A DNA stretch of 64,000 nt from the NCBI GenBank assembly GCA_028534125.1, contig CM052850.1, forward strand, positions 22,878,001-22,942,000. The letters run 5' to 3'. A model generated the notes under the pieces. That model had not been told where the DNA came from. It did not search any database and saw nothing but the letters and a program-made list of their open reading frames with translations. Below are positions 27,401 to 39,300 of this stretch, piece by piece. Numbering within the stretch: the stretch's first letter is position 1; the number at the start of each line of letters is the position of its first letter. This stretch comes from Lama glama. Lineage: Eukaryota. The translations under genes were made by a program, and so were the position numbers.

Positions 27401-29095
27401 AACATTTAGCACCATGCCTAACTTCCTGTGCTGATTTAATACATTGTTGTTAAATGAATGAATAAATAGTTGACATCACAGGCAGGGAGCTGCTGGGAAG
27501 TGACATAGCATAGCTGAAAGGGATCTAGAATATGAAAGCTCTTTAAAGCTAGGGAGATGAAATTGAACTTAACAGGACAGGCAGTCAGGAGTCGGTGTGA
27601 TTTCCTGAGCATGGAGATGAAATCTTAGTTGTAACAGCTCTTTAGTGCCAGGGGTTTATATCGTGCTTTCCCACGTGCCATCTACTTTGAATAACACAAG
27701 ATCCCTGGGGTGTAGGTATGTCTCAGGGAAGTTAGGTCTGACAGACCATCCCTCTCTAAGTCTGGTTCTCTCTTTATCTCCCTTTGGTATCCTTTTAAAA
27801 ATTCATTTATTTATTCTTTCAACAAAGATTTGTTGAGAAACTGTGCTAGGTACTTGGGACACGTAAATTACTAAGGTACTACCCTTGACCTCAAAAATCT
27901 TATAGCTCCCTGCTGAAAGAGAAGTAAAGAGAATGTTCTAACCCAGCCCAGGGTGGTGGAGGTTTGGAAAAGACACCTTCCTGCTTCCCAGAGGGGAGGA
28001 CATCTAAACTTCAGCCTGAAGGAAGGGTAGGAGTTGAATGAATTTCAAGCTGAGCAAACACAGTACAGGAAGGGTCAGAGGCTTTCCATCTATAACCCTT
28101 CCTCTCTTTCCCCATTGTTCTCCAGTCTTTTCCTCTGGTCTGAAGTGTCCTGGGAGCTGCACCTCTCAGCCTCACCCTTGCTATAGGGGTTCTGAGAGCC
28201 ATATTCCGTGATGATGGCTCACTTTAAATGTCTTCTCATCCACAGGCCAAATTCAAGTCTCTAACAGTGGTCAGCACCTTTGAGCTGGGAACTGAGGAGG
28301 GGAGTGTCCTGCGGCTGACTGAAGCCTCCCGTTGGAGTGAGGTAGATTGGAGATTGAGTTTGAGAGCCGTGAAACTTGTGAGGGTGGGGATGAGATAAGG
28401 GCACCTGTGAGCTTTCTCAGAACAGAGGCATCTTCATTAGGCAGCAGTCAGGGGGTCCGAAGGGAAAAATCAGAATGGTGGGGGTCCCACTGCCTCCCTT
28501 CCTACCTCAGTTTCTTTCCTTTTATTCTCCTGTGTTAAGGTTGGCTTTGCTACAGTATGGGGCGAGGCTAGCTGGCCCAAAGTGTGCAAGTTAAAAACAA
28601 CTCTCCTCCCTGTACAGAGCCTCCTGGAGGTGATTCAGACCCGCCCCGTGCTCCTCTCCCTGTGGGTCCTCGTTGGCAGCATCCTGGGAGGGCTGCTCCT
28701 GCTCGCGCTCCTTGTCTTCTGCCTCTGGAAGGTAAGCCCTGCTCCGGTGGGGAGTACTGGGCACGGCGCCCACGCGGTAAGGGATCCCTGATTATAGCAC
28801 CGGAGAACTGGATTTGTGCTGGGCAGCTAAGCAGGCTGTGGGTGTCATGCCCAGATCGCCTTCACTCTCTTCCGCAAATGTTGGTTGAATTAAGCTAAGC
28901 CAAATACAATAAATTTGAACCTCATTTTTGGAAGCAGAACAAAATGGAAGACTTCAGATACATCTCAGGGCTGTTGGCAAGGCCCCTAGGCAGGGCATTT
29001 GGCAATGACTCTTATCTCTTCCTCTATAGCTTGGCTTCTTTACCCGTAAGAAAATCCCCGAGGGAGAAAAAAGAGAAGAGAAACTGGAACAGTGA
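15408..29095 (+). CDS. ITGA10: Integrin alpha-10 (collagen-binding, I-domain), 1167 aa, 30 exons
   Basis: Exons 15408-15459, 16955-17066, 17266-17375, 17573-17664, 17888-18002, 18700-18827, 19011-19159, 19818-19968, 20173-20338, 20474-20547, 20790-20934, 21145-21293, 21507-21650, 21787-21990, 22294-22424, 22837-23003, 23099-23241, 23811-23924, 24123-24208, 24362-24503, 24668-24760, 25160-25236, 25393-25482, 25922-26006, 26172-26285, 26550-26630, 26745-26858, 28246-28341, 28618-28731, 29030-29095 (sum 3504 nt). Signal peptide, FNLD start, FG-GAP repeats, MIDAS DGSNS, DxDxDG Ca sites, TM helix, KLGFFTRKK tail. Confidence 0.97.
15589..15633. repeat. Alternating purine-pyrimidine (TG/CG/CA) microsatellite in ITGA10 intron 1
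   Basis: tgtgtgtgcgcgtgtgtgcgtgtgtgtgcgcgcgtgcacacacg. Confidence 0.85.
23531..23658 (-). mobile_element. tRNA-derived SINE (Vic-1-like) inserted in a MIR-like remnant
   Basis: Reverse complement reads GGGGAGGGTATAGCTCCGTAGTAGAGTGCACACTTAGCATGCATGAGGTCTTGGGTTCAATCC...(TAAA)n...CTAATTACCTCCCCCC. TSD aaatgtcatagtctt / aaatgtaatagtctt. Confidence 0.85.
24812..25030 (+). mobile_element. LINE-1 3'UTR fragment followed by a (GAAG)n/(GAAA)n purine repeat
   Basis: ATGGTTACCAGGGGAAAAGGG...GGGATAAATTAGGAG...TATAAAATAGATAA...CTACTGTATAGC is L1 3'UTR-like. Pure-purine tract at about 24938-25029. Confidence 0.65.
27061..27190 (+). mobile_element. tRNA-derived SINE (Vic-1-like)
   Basis: GGGGATGGGTATAGCTCAGTGGTAGAGGGCTTGCTTTGCATGTGCGAGGTCCTGGGTTCAACCCCAG...(CAAA)n CCTAATGACACCCCCC plus A-tail; same family as the copies at 4951 and 23531. 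Confidence 0.85.
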
Positions 29096-30621
29096 ATGTG
29101 GAATAAACTCTAGAAAGTCCTCCTGGCAGCTTCTCCAAAAGACTTGCATAAGAGCGGAGTTTGGGGGCCTCAGATGGGACAAGAAGAAGCCTCTGATCTC
29201 CCCAGACCTGCAGCCTGACTTTTGAGTCACGAGGATGCTGCTGGCAAGAGATGAGGCCTTACCTCAGACAAGAAGGGCTGGCACCAAAACCAGGAACACC
29301 CCCACCTTGTGCTTCCCTCCTCATGATCCTGGTTCCAGAGCCAACACTGGGGCTTTGGTGTAGGGCCCTTTGTCCCCAACCCCCAGGAATCTAAAATTTT
29401 TTGCTTTGTTCCGTGACTTCCTTCAGGTTCCCTCTATGTCCTCGCTCACAATTTGGAATGGATGGGGGTCGTCTTCCTCCATTTCCCGCTTCTCACCTTC
29501 CTGCCTGCTCCCCACTCCACAGGAGAGAGCTGACGTTGGCTTGAAAAAGTAAAGTCAACATCTGCTGCTTTCCTGTGGAGTCTGGTGATTCAGAGAGCCA
29601 GATGGGGAGCGTCAACAGGAAAAAAGGAGGGAGGAGGAGAAGCCACAAGAGACATTCTGTACAATTCCAAGGAACAGAGAAGCCTTTAGACAGGCAACTG
29701 CCATCCCACTGAAACCTGAGACTTTAGTGGTGCGCTCGCCCGCCCTCAGGTGCTGGCGAAAGGGAGCTGCCCCAGGCCTGCTGGGCAAGGGTTTCCCAAC
29801 TCCGCAGCCTTCCCTGGGAGCAGAGCCAGGGCTGGGTGCCCAATTCTCTGGAGCCAGAGGCCCCCACGTGGCTAGAGCAGGAATAACAGAAGACTGAATG
29901 CCCCAGGCAGTTTTCTCCTCTCTCAGGCCTCACCAGCTCCTGAGCCCTCCTTGGAGCCTCGTCATAGAAAGAGAGAAGGGAGAGGATTGCTGCTTGATGG
30001 TGGGAAACCCTTTCAGCTTACCAGCTTTGGGAAGCTGCAGCCCTATGGGGTCTGAACACATGGGGTCCATGTTAGGGAAGCAGCTGAAGTAGGTGCAGGA
30101 GATCTCTGGGGAGCAAGACCTTACTTGCTTGGCACTGGTTGTGTAGCACAGATAGCTCCTAGGAAATGCTTCTGGAGGATCTCCAGTCATATCTTGTGGG
30201 GCTTCTCTGGTGGAATCAGTTTGCCAGCCCTTGCGTGATGTTTACTGGAAAACCCCAAGTTAATTTCTGGACCATTCCACCCCCTGACTCCCATTTTTTG
30301 GTCATGGCCAGTAAAGAGAGTTGGATTCTCATTGACAACTAGGTAACTTATATTTTTTTGTAATCAAGACTTTGGGTACCAAAGTCAGTTATTGGTCTCC
30401 AGAGGGCAGCTCTGACAGCCATTCAAAGAATTAGCACCCATTTAGAGCTGAAAAGAGAGGGGACCTGATTGGGCAGTTTGACTAGCAGCCACAGACCCTG
30501 TCCTCCAAGGCTGTTCTTGAGCTCTGGTTACAGTGTTTATTTTGATGTGTCTCTGGCCTTTTACAGACGGCATTGTCTCTGTTTCCTTGCAGGGTGGACA
30601 GTGTATCAGATGGTCAGAACA

Positions 30622-30627
30622 AATAAA
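30622..30627 (+). terminator. Probable ITGA10 poly(A) signal
   Basis: AATAAA about 1.5 kb after the stop, at the end of unique 3'UTR-like sequence and before the repeat-rich intergenic DNA. Confidence 0.65.
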
Positions 30628-32789
30628 GTTCAGTGTCAAATGACTTCTGGCTCTATGTGAGTTCCCTGGGATGTATGCAGACTGTTCGCAATTGTTAAGG
30701 GGTGGAGTCTTGGTTCACCCGCGACCTTATACAGTTGGTCCCTGGAAGGCAAAGTTATGAAGTATTTGAAATGTTTTCTGGGACTCTTCCATTGGAGGTG
30801 TTCTCTAGCCTCCTGAAACCCTCACCTGCTTAGGTGAGCACAGGGTGTAAACGTGTGGGTTTGGTTAGCACTTACACTTAGATTGAAATCCCAGGTCTGC
30901 CATTTATTAGCTGTGTGGCCTTGGGCAAGTCATAACTACCCGAGGCTCAAATAGCAATAAGAGGCTGTGTAGTACAGTGGTTAAGAATGAAGCCAGACTT
31001 GGGTTTAAACCTAAGCTATACCACTTAAACCCTATTTGACCCTGAACAGACTTAACATCTCTAAGTCTTGGCTTTCTTGACTTTAAAGTTATTAGAGTGT
31101 GAGGACTAAATGAGATGACTCAAGTAAAGTGAGCATATAGTAAGTACTCAATGAATGGTAACTATTGTTACAGAAATATTTTTTAATAAAATAATCTACC
31201 CCACCTACTGTGTGTTGTGCGGACTAAGAGAGAAGGTGCATTGAAGCACCAGGTGGTGCGTCTGATCTGGTGACTCACCTGCCCTTCACAGACCCTGAAG
31301 ATTTGTTTCTTCGGTGTTATTATCTCCTCCCACTAACTCTTAGCCTTTCTATGCCTCATTCCCTTTGAAATAAGCCCTCTAAACCCTCCGTGCCCACTAA
31401 GGTGATACTTGGATGATTAACTTAAGGTTCTAATGGCAGAAATCAAATTATTCAATTTCTTCATACACCCAGGGTTCTTCCAGTACCCTCAAGGAACATG
31501 TGCACTTCAACAATGGCCTTCTAGAGACCATGTCTCTGCCTTTGTTGCCTAACCCTGAGAATAGGCCTGTTTTGCCTATTAGGCAGGGACAACCATTCTG
31601 TGGCAAGCTGGTGAGTTATTTTGTGGCAAGAGGAGTCCATGATGGCCTTCAATACACTTCATATAAGCTATGGATTGATCAACCTTTATGGAGCATACTG
31701 CTTCTGGGGTGGGGACTGAAGCTATGGATATGTTGACAGATCTCCCCTCTTTATCACAACCTCTTCTTCAATAAGCCTATTACCTCTTCTTTGAAGCCCA
31801 GCCGGTTTGCGAAGCAACTGTAGAAACAACAGGCTGTCCCCAGACACACAAGTGTTGCTTTCTTCTCATTGTTGCTCCTTTGTTCTTTCCTTCATTCCTT
31901 CATTCATTCATCAGAAATTAAGCACCAACTATGTTCTAGGCAATGGGAATAATATAAAATACAACTCCTACCATCAAAGAGCCCAGTCTAGTTGGGGAAG
32001 CAAACATATAAACAAATAATGGCAAATACAGAAAGCCGGTTGCTGGACAACATAGCAGGAGGTATTAAAAAGTGTGTCACACACAAGAGGCACACCTTTT
32101 TGGGTGGGGGTGGGAGGGTTATAAGGGAAAACTTTGAGGGACCACCAAGTGTGAGAGGAGGCATTCCAGGAGGATTAACCACCGGTCAGAAAGGGAGCTG
32201 TCGTAGATTGTAAGAGCCTGAGCATTCGGCTATTTGTGAAAGTAGTGAGAGATGAGACTTGAGAAGGCAGCGTGCAACTCCTGACGAGCCTTGCAAACCA
32301 CGTTAAGAACTTTGAACTTCATCCGGTAGGCTTCCATATGCATTGGAGTGGACTCTGGCTGCAGGCAAGAGAAGGGAGAGACTAGTAGACCAGTTGGCTG
32401 CGACATACCAAGCACGAATTGCTGAGAATCTTAATTTAAAGGGCAGTGGAAATAGTGAAGACAGTTTTGTGAGTTTTTTGCGGAAGGAGATGCTTAAAAT
32501 GAAAAAAAATTCTCTCCGCTCCCTCTACCCTTTCCTATCTTAGAGGTTCCTTAGGATATTAAGCCTGATCCGGTTTCCCCACGTTGTGGTGGGTCATGCA
32601 TCACCTGCGCTCAGCCTTTGGCTCTGCACTACAATCTCCTCCTGTTTCCAAATTGCACTGTTCAAATCCGATTTTGTGCCTATGTTTTTGGCCGCGGAAT
32701 AGGGGCAGGAAGTAGAGGTTGGAAAAAGTCTCTGGATATAATCAAAACACCGTCACCAGTAGTTAAAAGCGACAGTTGGTAAGACTGGA

Positions 32790-33330
32790 GCGCACCGGGA
32801 GAATCCGAGGCCCACTTGCCTCCCGCGGCGGCGCTCGGGGGCGGGGTTGAGGCGGGGTTTAGGGCGGAGCAGCAGCCTGGAACAGCAGCCTGGAACAGCG
32901 CGGAGAGGCGGGGCTGGGGGTGTGTTTTAGCCGGAGCCCGTAGGCTCCCTTTTGCTATAGGGCAGGTCGGAGCTGGGGGCGGACTCGGTTTGGGAGAGCG
33001 AGGCTGAAGCCAAGACTACGTCGTTACGAAGACTGCAGGCTTTTTGCCTCCGCAACAGCGGAGTGGGGCGGGATCAGGGGCGGAGTTTGAAGCCCAGCCC
33101 TCGGGTTCTTGTCTCTGATTGAACGGAGTGGTCTGGGGCGGGTCCTGGGGCGGGTCCTGGGGCCGGCCCCGCTCTGCTTTTGACAGCTCCCGTGCACAGC
33201 CGCAGCTGAGTCCGGTGGGTTCGGGAAACTGTGGCCCCTCTCTCCTCGCGTCCCCGTCCCCCCGTCGCCTTGGCCTCAGCCATGAAGCGCATCTTCTCCT
33301 GCTCCAGTTCACAGGTGGCGGTAGGTGCTA
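32790..33330 (+). promoter_or_regulatory. CpG-island promoter of ANKRD35
   Basis: CpG-rich, multiple GC boxes including tandem CTGGGGCGGGTC x2 (33133-33156), immediately upstream of the ATG at 33282. Confidence 0.7.
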
Positions 33331-36300
33331 AAATGTCTGGCAGACTGAGCATGGGATTGGGGTCCAAGCCCTATGGTGACAGAAGTCCTGAGTCCCATCT
33401 CCATGCCTTTTCTCTTTACCGGTTTTTCTAGCTCTTCCGCTCCCGCAGTGCTGCCCGCCAGCCCTGCCTTCCTTAAGACCCTGTCACCCAACCTCTGACT
33501 TGCCTTCCCAACCTCTGCCCTCTCCAAGGTCCTTTCCCTTAGTGCTTTCTGGTCTTCCTATCATCTACACCCCCAACTTCTGATATGTTTCCTGCATCCC
33601 CTGCCCCATCCTAAGGCTCTGTTTTCTACTTCTGCTCTGTTTCCCAGTACTGACTGAAGTATCTGTCCTATTCCCCAGCCCATGCTCATCCCCAAGCTCT
33701 TCTCTGTCTTCCAAGTGCCCCATGGCCCCATTTTCCAGCCCTGCCCTGTCCTCACAACTCAACCCTCCCATATGGCCCTACCTTTCCTGTTTCCTCTCAG
33801 CCTAATAAGTACTCCCAGCCCTGTGCCCTTCTCTAGCCCTTCTTCATAGAGTCTTCTCTGTCCTTGCCCCCACCTCACCCATGGCACTTCCACTCCCATT
33901 CTCCCATCACCACCGCTGGCTCTCAGGCATCACTCCAAACCTCTTTGCAGTTGGTGCTCCCACTGCAGCAGCCTTCTCCTGTTCTCCCCTTCAAACTCTG
34001 CCCCTCTCTGTCCAGTGGTTGTTCAATTCCACTTTCCCCCCTTTTGCCCCGATCTCCTCCTGCCTGCTCTCTGTGAGTTAATCTTGCAGTATGGCCTGGC
34101 CAGCCTGACAGGCAGTGTCAGAGGAGGCACAGTTGCCTGGCTGCTCCCCAAGGAATGGGTAAATTGTCTGCAGAATCCACCCTGGCCAGTTCACTGCAGT
34201 TCTGGTCATCAGACTGGTTCTTGGGCCAGTCAAGGCCTTCTGCCTGCTTCTCCCCAGAATCTCTCTTCATTCTAAACCCTCACCCAGCTGTTTAGGGCTT
34301 GGACACTCTGCTCCCTTGGACTGAGCTGGGGAACGGTGACAGTGAGAGAAGGAGAGGACAAAGTGGATTCACTCTGAGCGCTCCCAGCAGCAGTCATTCT
34401 CCTTCCACTGTTCTCTCAGAACACTACACAGGGAAGAAGCTACAGAAGGTAGTGGCTAAGGGAGGCTATCTCTTCTCCTTCCGTGAAGGTCTTTTACAGA
34501 GAGACCCCTTATCTGGGGATGAAATTTCCTGTGCAGACTGGGATTATGGCTCATTTAGAAGTGAGGTAGCTGACTACCTATAGTGATATTGCTTAACTCG
34601 ACTTGACTCGTGGTTTCTCTCATCAAGCAAACATGAGAAATGCTCAGCTCACTCTGCATGGGTGGGCCACGGAAGCCTGGAAGTGAGCTATGAGGCAAGA
34701 GTAGGAACTCTGTTGAGGCCTGTTCTCGGCCTACTTACATTTGCTTCCTCACTTAGTTTCCACACATTAATCAACCAATCAAAAGCCATTTACTGAATGA
34801 CTGACAGCTACAGGTACCAGAAACTGAGGCTGCCCAACTCTGCTTACCTCATAATGATTTTCTTACTCACATGGACTCTTCCTTGGTTACTGAAAGTCCT
34901 CCACAGTGCCCTCCCCTTCAGGTCTGTGGAGTCTACCTGCTCTTTAGGGACGGGGAAACTATTTCGTACTTCCTGTGGCTCCAGCTGTCGGTCAGTGGCT
35001 CCTTTCTGGGATGCTGGGCGAACAACGGGCTGAATGTTGGAGTTTGAAAATTGCTCGAGGGCACAATCACCAAATTGACTTGTCCTTCACTGCGGCTCTA
35101 CAGAGGTTTGACCATGCAGAATTTCTACCCGTTTTAAACTCTTCTTAGTATAACAAGATTATAGGTAGTAAATTGGGTGGAGTCAGGACTTTCTAGCTGG
35201 GAAAAAAAAAACAAACCTGTTTCCTCAGTCAGGGTAGGGATTCAACAAGCTTGACGACGGACCAGTTTCAGCTACGAATTGTTTCCTCATGAAATGTCCC
35301 CACACGTCTCATGATAAATTCCTCCACTCCCTGGGTGGCGAACCACTCTGGACCAGTTTGTCAGAGAAATAGTGTGACAACCTTCCTGACCACTCCCAAA
35401 GCCTAGCTTCCCGGTCGTAGCAGAAGATCACCTCTTTCTATCCCCTCTCCCATCCCTGTGTCCAGATCACACCCTCAGATTGCGATAAGCACTGAAAGAT
35501 CAGTGATCAGTTAAATATTAATCTAAATTTTCCAGAATATAGGAAGTTCAACAAACAAACAAATAAAAGCCAACTCCTATAATCTCATTTTGTTTTATTC
35601 AAGTAGAGGATGACCTTAAAGGTGTCTTGCATATTAGCTTACTGTGCCTTTGTAGGAAGTAAACCAGAAAACAGCTTTAAACCACTGGCACTGGATCAGC
35701 TTAGAGGAATGGCAGTTGCATTTTAAAACTTGAGAGTCAGTTCCTGGTTCCTCCTGGGCAGCCTTTCTATTTCCATTCACCTGTCCTACAGCGGTAGCTG
35801 CTCTTTCTCTCTCTCCTGTTGGCATGTTCCATCTTGATGGGGTTCTCATAGGCACACAGCCAGAGATAAGGAGAGGCTGCAATTACTTCTACAAAGAGCC
35901 CCCAATCCTGGCTACAGAAATGCAAAGCTTATCCTTGCTTCTGAGTCTGCTGATTAATTTGGTGATTGTGCCCTTGAGGCTGTGATGGTAACCCACTGCC
36001 TCTTTTCCAAGGTGATGTGGTGAGCAATAGACTGGATCTTGGAATTTGGGAGAATACTTCTGTTCTTCTTTACCTTAGCTCTGCAGAAGTTTGTCCAGGA
36101 AGAATTTCCACCTATTCTAAATTCTTCTTGGTATAACAAGATTATAGGAAGTAAACTGGCTGGATTTCAAACTATTGAGCGGGAAAGAGAAGTACCCACA
36201 TTGCTAGGAAACACCATTACCATCTATACAGCTTGGCTGGCTGATATGAGCAAGATCCCCTTCCTCCCACTCCTCTGGATGGAGAATTTTGAGCCCGAGA

Positions 36301-39300
36301 ATATCCAAAATGTGCCCGGCAAGGCTAGGAAGGATGGGGATTGGGACTAACACTTACTGTGTACTTACTACATGACGGACAGTGCTAGGCACTTTGTGTA
36401 GTGTTATATCACTAGGAAACAGAGGTTCAGAGAAGTTGCTACTTGCCTAAAGTCACGAGGATAGAAGGTGTTAGAATCAGGATTTTTAAACAGAGAACTT
36501 CAGACAGATGGCAGTGCCCTGTGGCAGAGTGGAGTTCCAGCTTTCTGCTTTTTCTGAGGGTGGCCTGGCCCCCAGGGGACCTTGGATACTGTAATATTAC
36601 GTCTCAGTCGCTTGGTATGTGGAGGAGGCATTTTGCTTATTTTGTCCTTTGAGAATTAACCTGTTTGGAGACTCTTCTTCTTGCAGGGAGTAGTGTCTGA
36701 AGGTGGGTGGCTTTGCCCTGGAGGTGGTCATGGACTGTTCCTTTGAAAACAAGTGAACCTTCTTCTACAACTCTTTGGCAGTGTGGTCCAGCGTCGAGAA
36801 CTAGGACTGGCATCGGCTGGCCGGGGCTGTAATCTCAATTTCACCACTATTTTGTGGTGTGGCCCTGGACAGTTATCTAACCACGGTGTGCTTCCATTTC
36901 TTTTCTGTCAACTAGGTAAAATCCTGTCAGCCCTCGCTACCTTCCAGAGATGCCGAGATGCTAACTGAAATGGCACTTGAAAGGGCTCTGAGGAGTTACA
37001 AGCGCTGTGCAGGGGCATCACCTCAGAATCCATCTACCCTAGATAATTTTATGACTTGGGCATTTAACATCTTTCCTGTTCTTGATGACTGTGTAAACAG
37101 TGTTTGAAAATGAGTTATTTGGCCTCATCTGTAGACTCTGTTTCTCCCGACCTCCTCCCATAGCCTCTTTCTTGTCGGGATTACACCTCATAAAGTCCAG
37201 TGTGCCCCCACCAATCCCCCACCACTTCCTGTTTTTTTAATAAGAATGCCGTGCCCTTGTATAGCTCTTTACAGTTTACAGAAATATTTTATATGCATGA
37301 GCTCATTTACTACAACACGATGAGGTAATTACTACTTTTCACAGTTTACAGGTGGGGACACAGGTTGGAGGTGTTCCATGGCTTACCTAGGTCATGTAGC
37401 TGAGCAAGTAGCTGAACCCCAGACTCAGGCCTGCTGACAGACATTCATCTAGGGCCCTTTTCACCAGTCCTCAAATTTTTGCGTCCCTTCTTCCTTTCCT
37501 CTCCCCTCCGTGGATCAAACCAGGCTTTTCTGTGCTTTCAGCTCTGGGTGTTTTTAAGCGGTCCTCTCCTGTCCCGTAATACATGTCTCATGTCAGTTAT
37601 TGTAATTACCCCGCCGCCTGCAAAAGTCAAGCTGGAAGGGTGGAACAATGCGTGCCCAGGTGCAGCTGTTGTCTGGGCAGCTGCTCCCCGCCAGGAAAAT
37701 GATGAGGGAGGGGAGGGGTGGGGAGCGAGCGGCTGCTCGCTGCCCCCTCAGGCCTAGCTGGAGCCCGGCCTTCACCTTCGGTTGTTGTTGCCATGGAAGG
37801 GGAAGAGTGACTGACTAGCCAAAGGGCATAGGTATGAGGATGCAAGACAGAAACTCTGCGTCTCCTCCTACTTCGGGGCCCCAAAGCCAATGGGTAGAGA
37901 TAGTATGGCTGGTGTTTGGACTCCTAGCTGTGACCTGAGGCCAGGCGCCTTGACTTCTCGAATATATGAGAACAACAGCAACAAAAACCCAGAGCAGCCT
38001 GGGGAGTAGAGAGGCGATGTAAACCCAGCCCAGAGGGGTCAGCTGGGTTCCGTCTGCTCCAGTAAGACCTAAAGAACAAGAGGGAAAGGAGTCCTGGCTA
38101 GGGTTGCTCGGGGTTGTGCGCCTACCAACAATAATCTCAATGATAATTAAACAGACATTTGGAACACTACGGGCAGGCAGTACTCAAAAATGATTTTTAA
38201 TTCAGTAGTCCAAGCACTTTTTGGTTCAGGGCTGGCAATCACCGGCCATAGTCCTCAGTGGCAAATGAGTTGGTGACTATTTAACTGGCCCACCTAAGAA
38301 GGACTAACTGATCTAGAAAGAGTGACTCGTGGGACACTGAAAGGCTCTCAGGGGTGTCCCTTTTCCCTTGCCTGGCATCCTAACCATCTCTTCCTTTGCT
38401 TTCTCCACTCCTTTCTCACCACCTATATTTACACAATTTGTGGTTCTGGGTCAGGTGGAGAGATGGAACCGCCGTGATCAGAAGCTGCTGGAGGCAGTGC
38501 ACCGGGGGGACGTGGGACGCGTGGCTGCCCTGGCCTCCAGGAAATCTGCCCGACCCACCAAGCTAGACTCGAACGGTCAGTCCCCGTAAGTAAGTCCTCT
38601 TGACCCCATCCTTGGCATGTGGTTCCCTTTGAAAACCCCAAACCCCAATAGGATGTAAGGCCAGGGAATACCTTCAACTTCAGAGCCCTTTTTGTCTTAA
38701 TTACAAGCATACCCACACGTCTCTGCGTACCACGTGTTGCACAGAGTGGGGTAGAAGGCACTGTCCCTGAGCTCATACACCTCACAGCCCACATCAACAA
38801 AACTGACCAAAAAGGCCAGAAAGACCATGAAACAAACGGAAAAGTGAAACAACACTAAATAGAGTATTTTTCCGTCGCACAAGGAGGAAGGGGTGTATGC
38901 GTGGGAAATTGGGAGTGCACAGCAGCCATGGCATGTGGCTGGAAGGGGTGCTCAGACAAGAGGGGTGTCATCCCTTGTCTCTGCCCTCAAATGTCCAGCC
39001 CTCTGCTCTGCTCTGGCTGACTCTTCCTGCGACACTTCCAGTTTGCTAAGTTTCCTGTCCTCAGAGCAACGGTATTTATGTGTTCCCTGGGTACCCCTGC
39101 GATACTCTGAGATTGCTTGAGACCCATAGCTATAAGAATTTCTATCTTTGCTTCCAGCTTCCCCTGATGTTCTGACAGTACGCCACGTATATAGGCATCT
39201 CTTCTCAGAAAGTCAGGCTAGGGGAGCGTCCCTCTCTGCCTTTGGGGTTGGCTTTGGGGTGAGGGAGCGTGGCAGGCAGTGCTCATTAAGATTCTCCCGT

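Noticed and set aside
32870-32900. Tandem CAGCAGCCTGGAA repeat near the ANKRD35 promoter
   Set aside because: Two copies only and no evidence of function.
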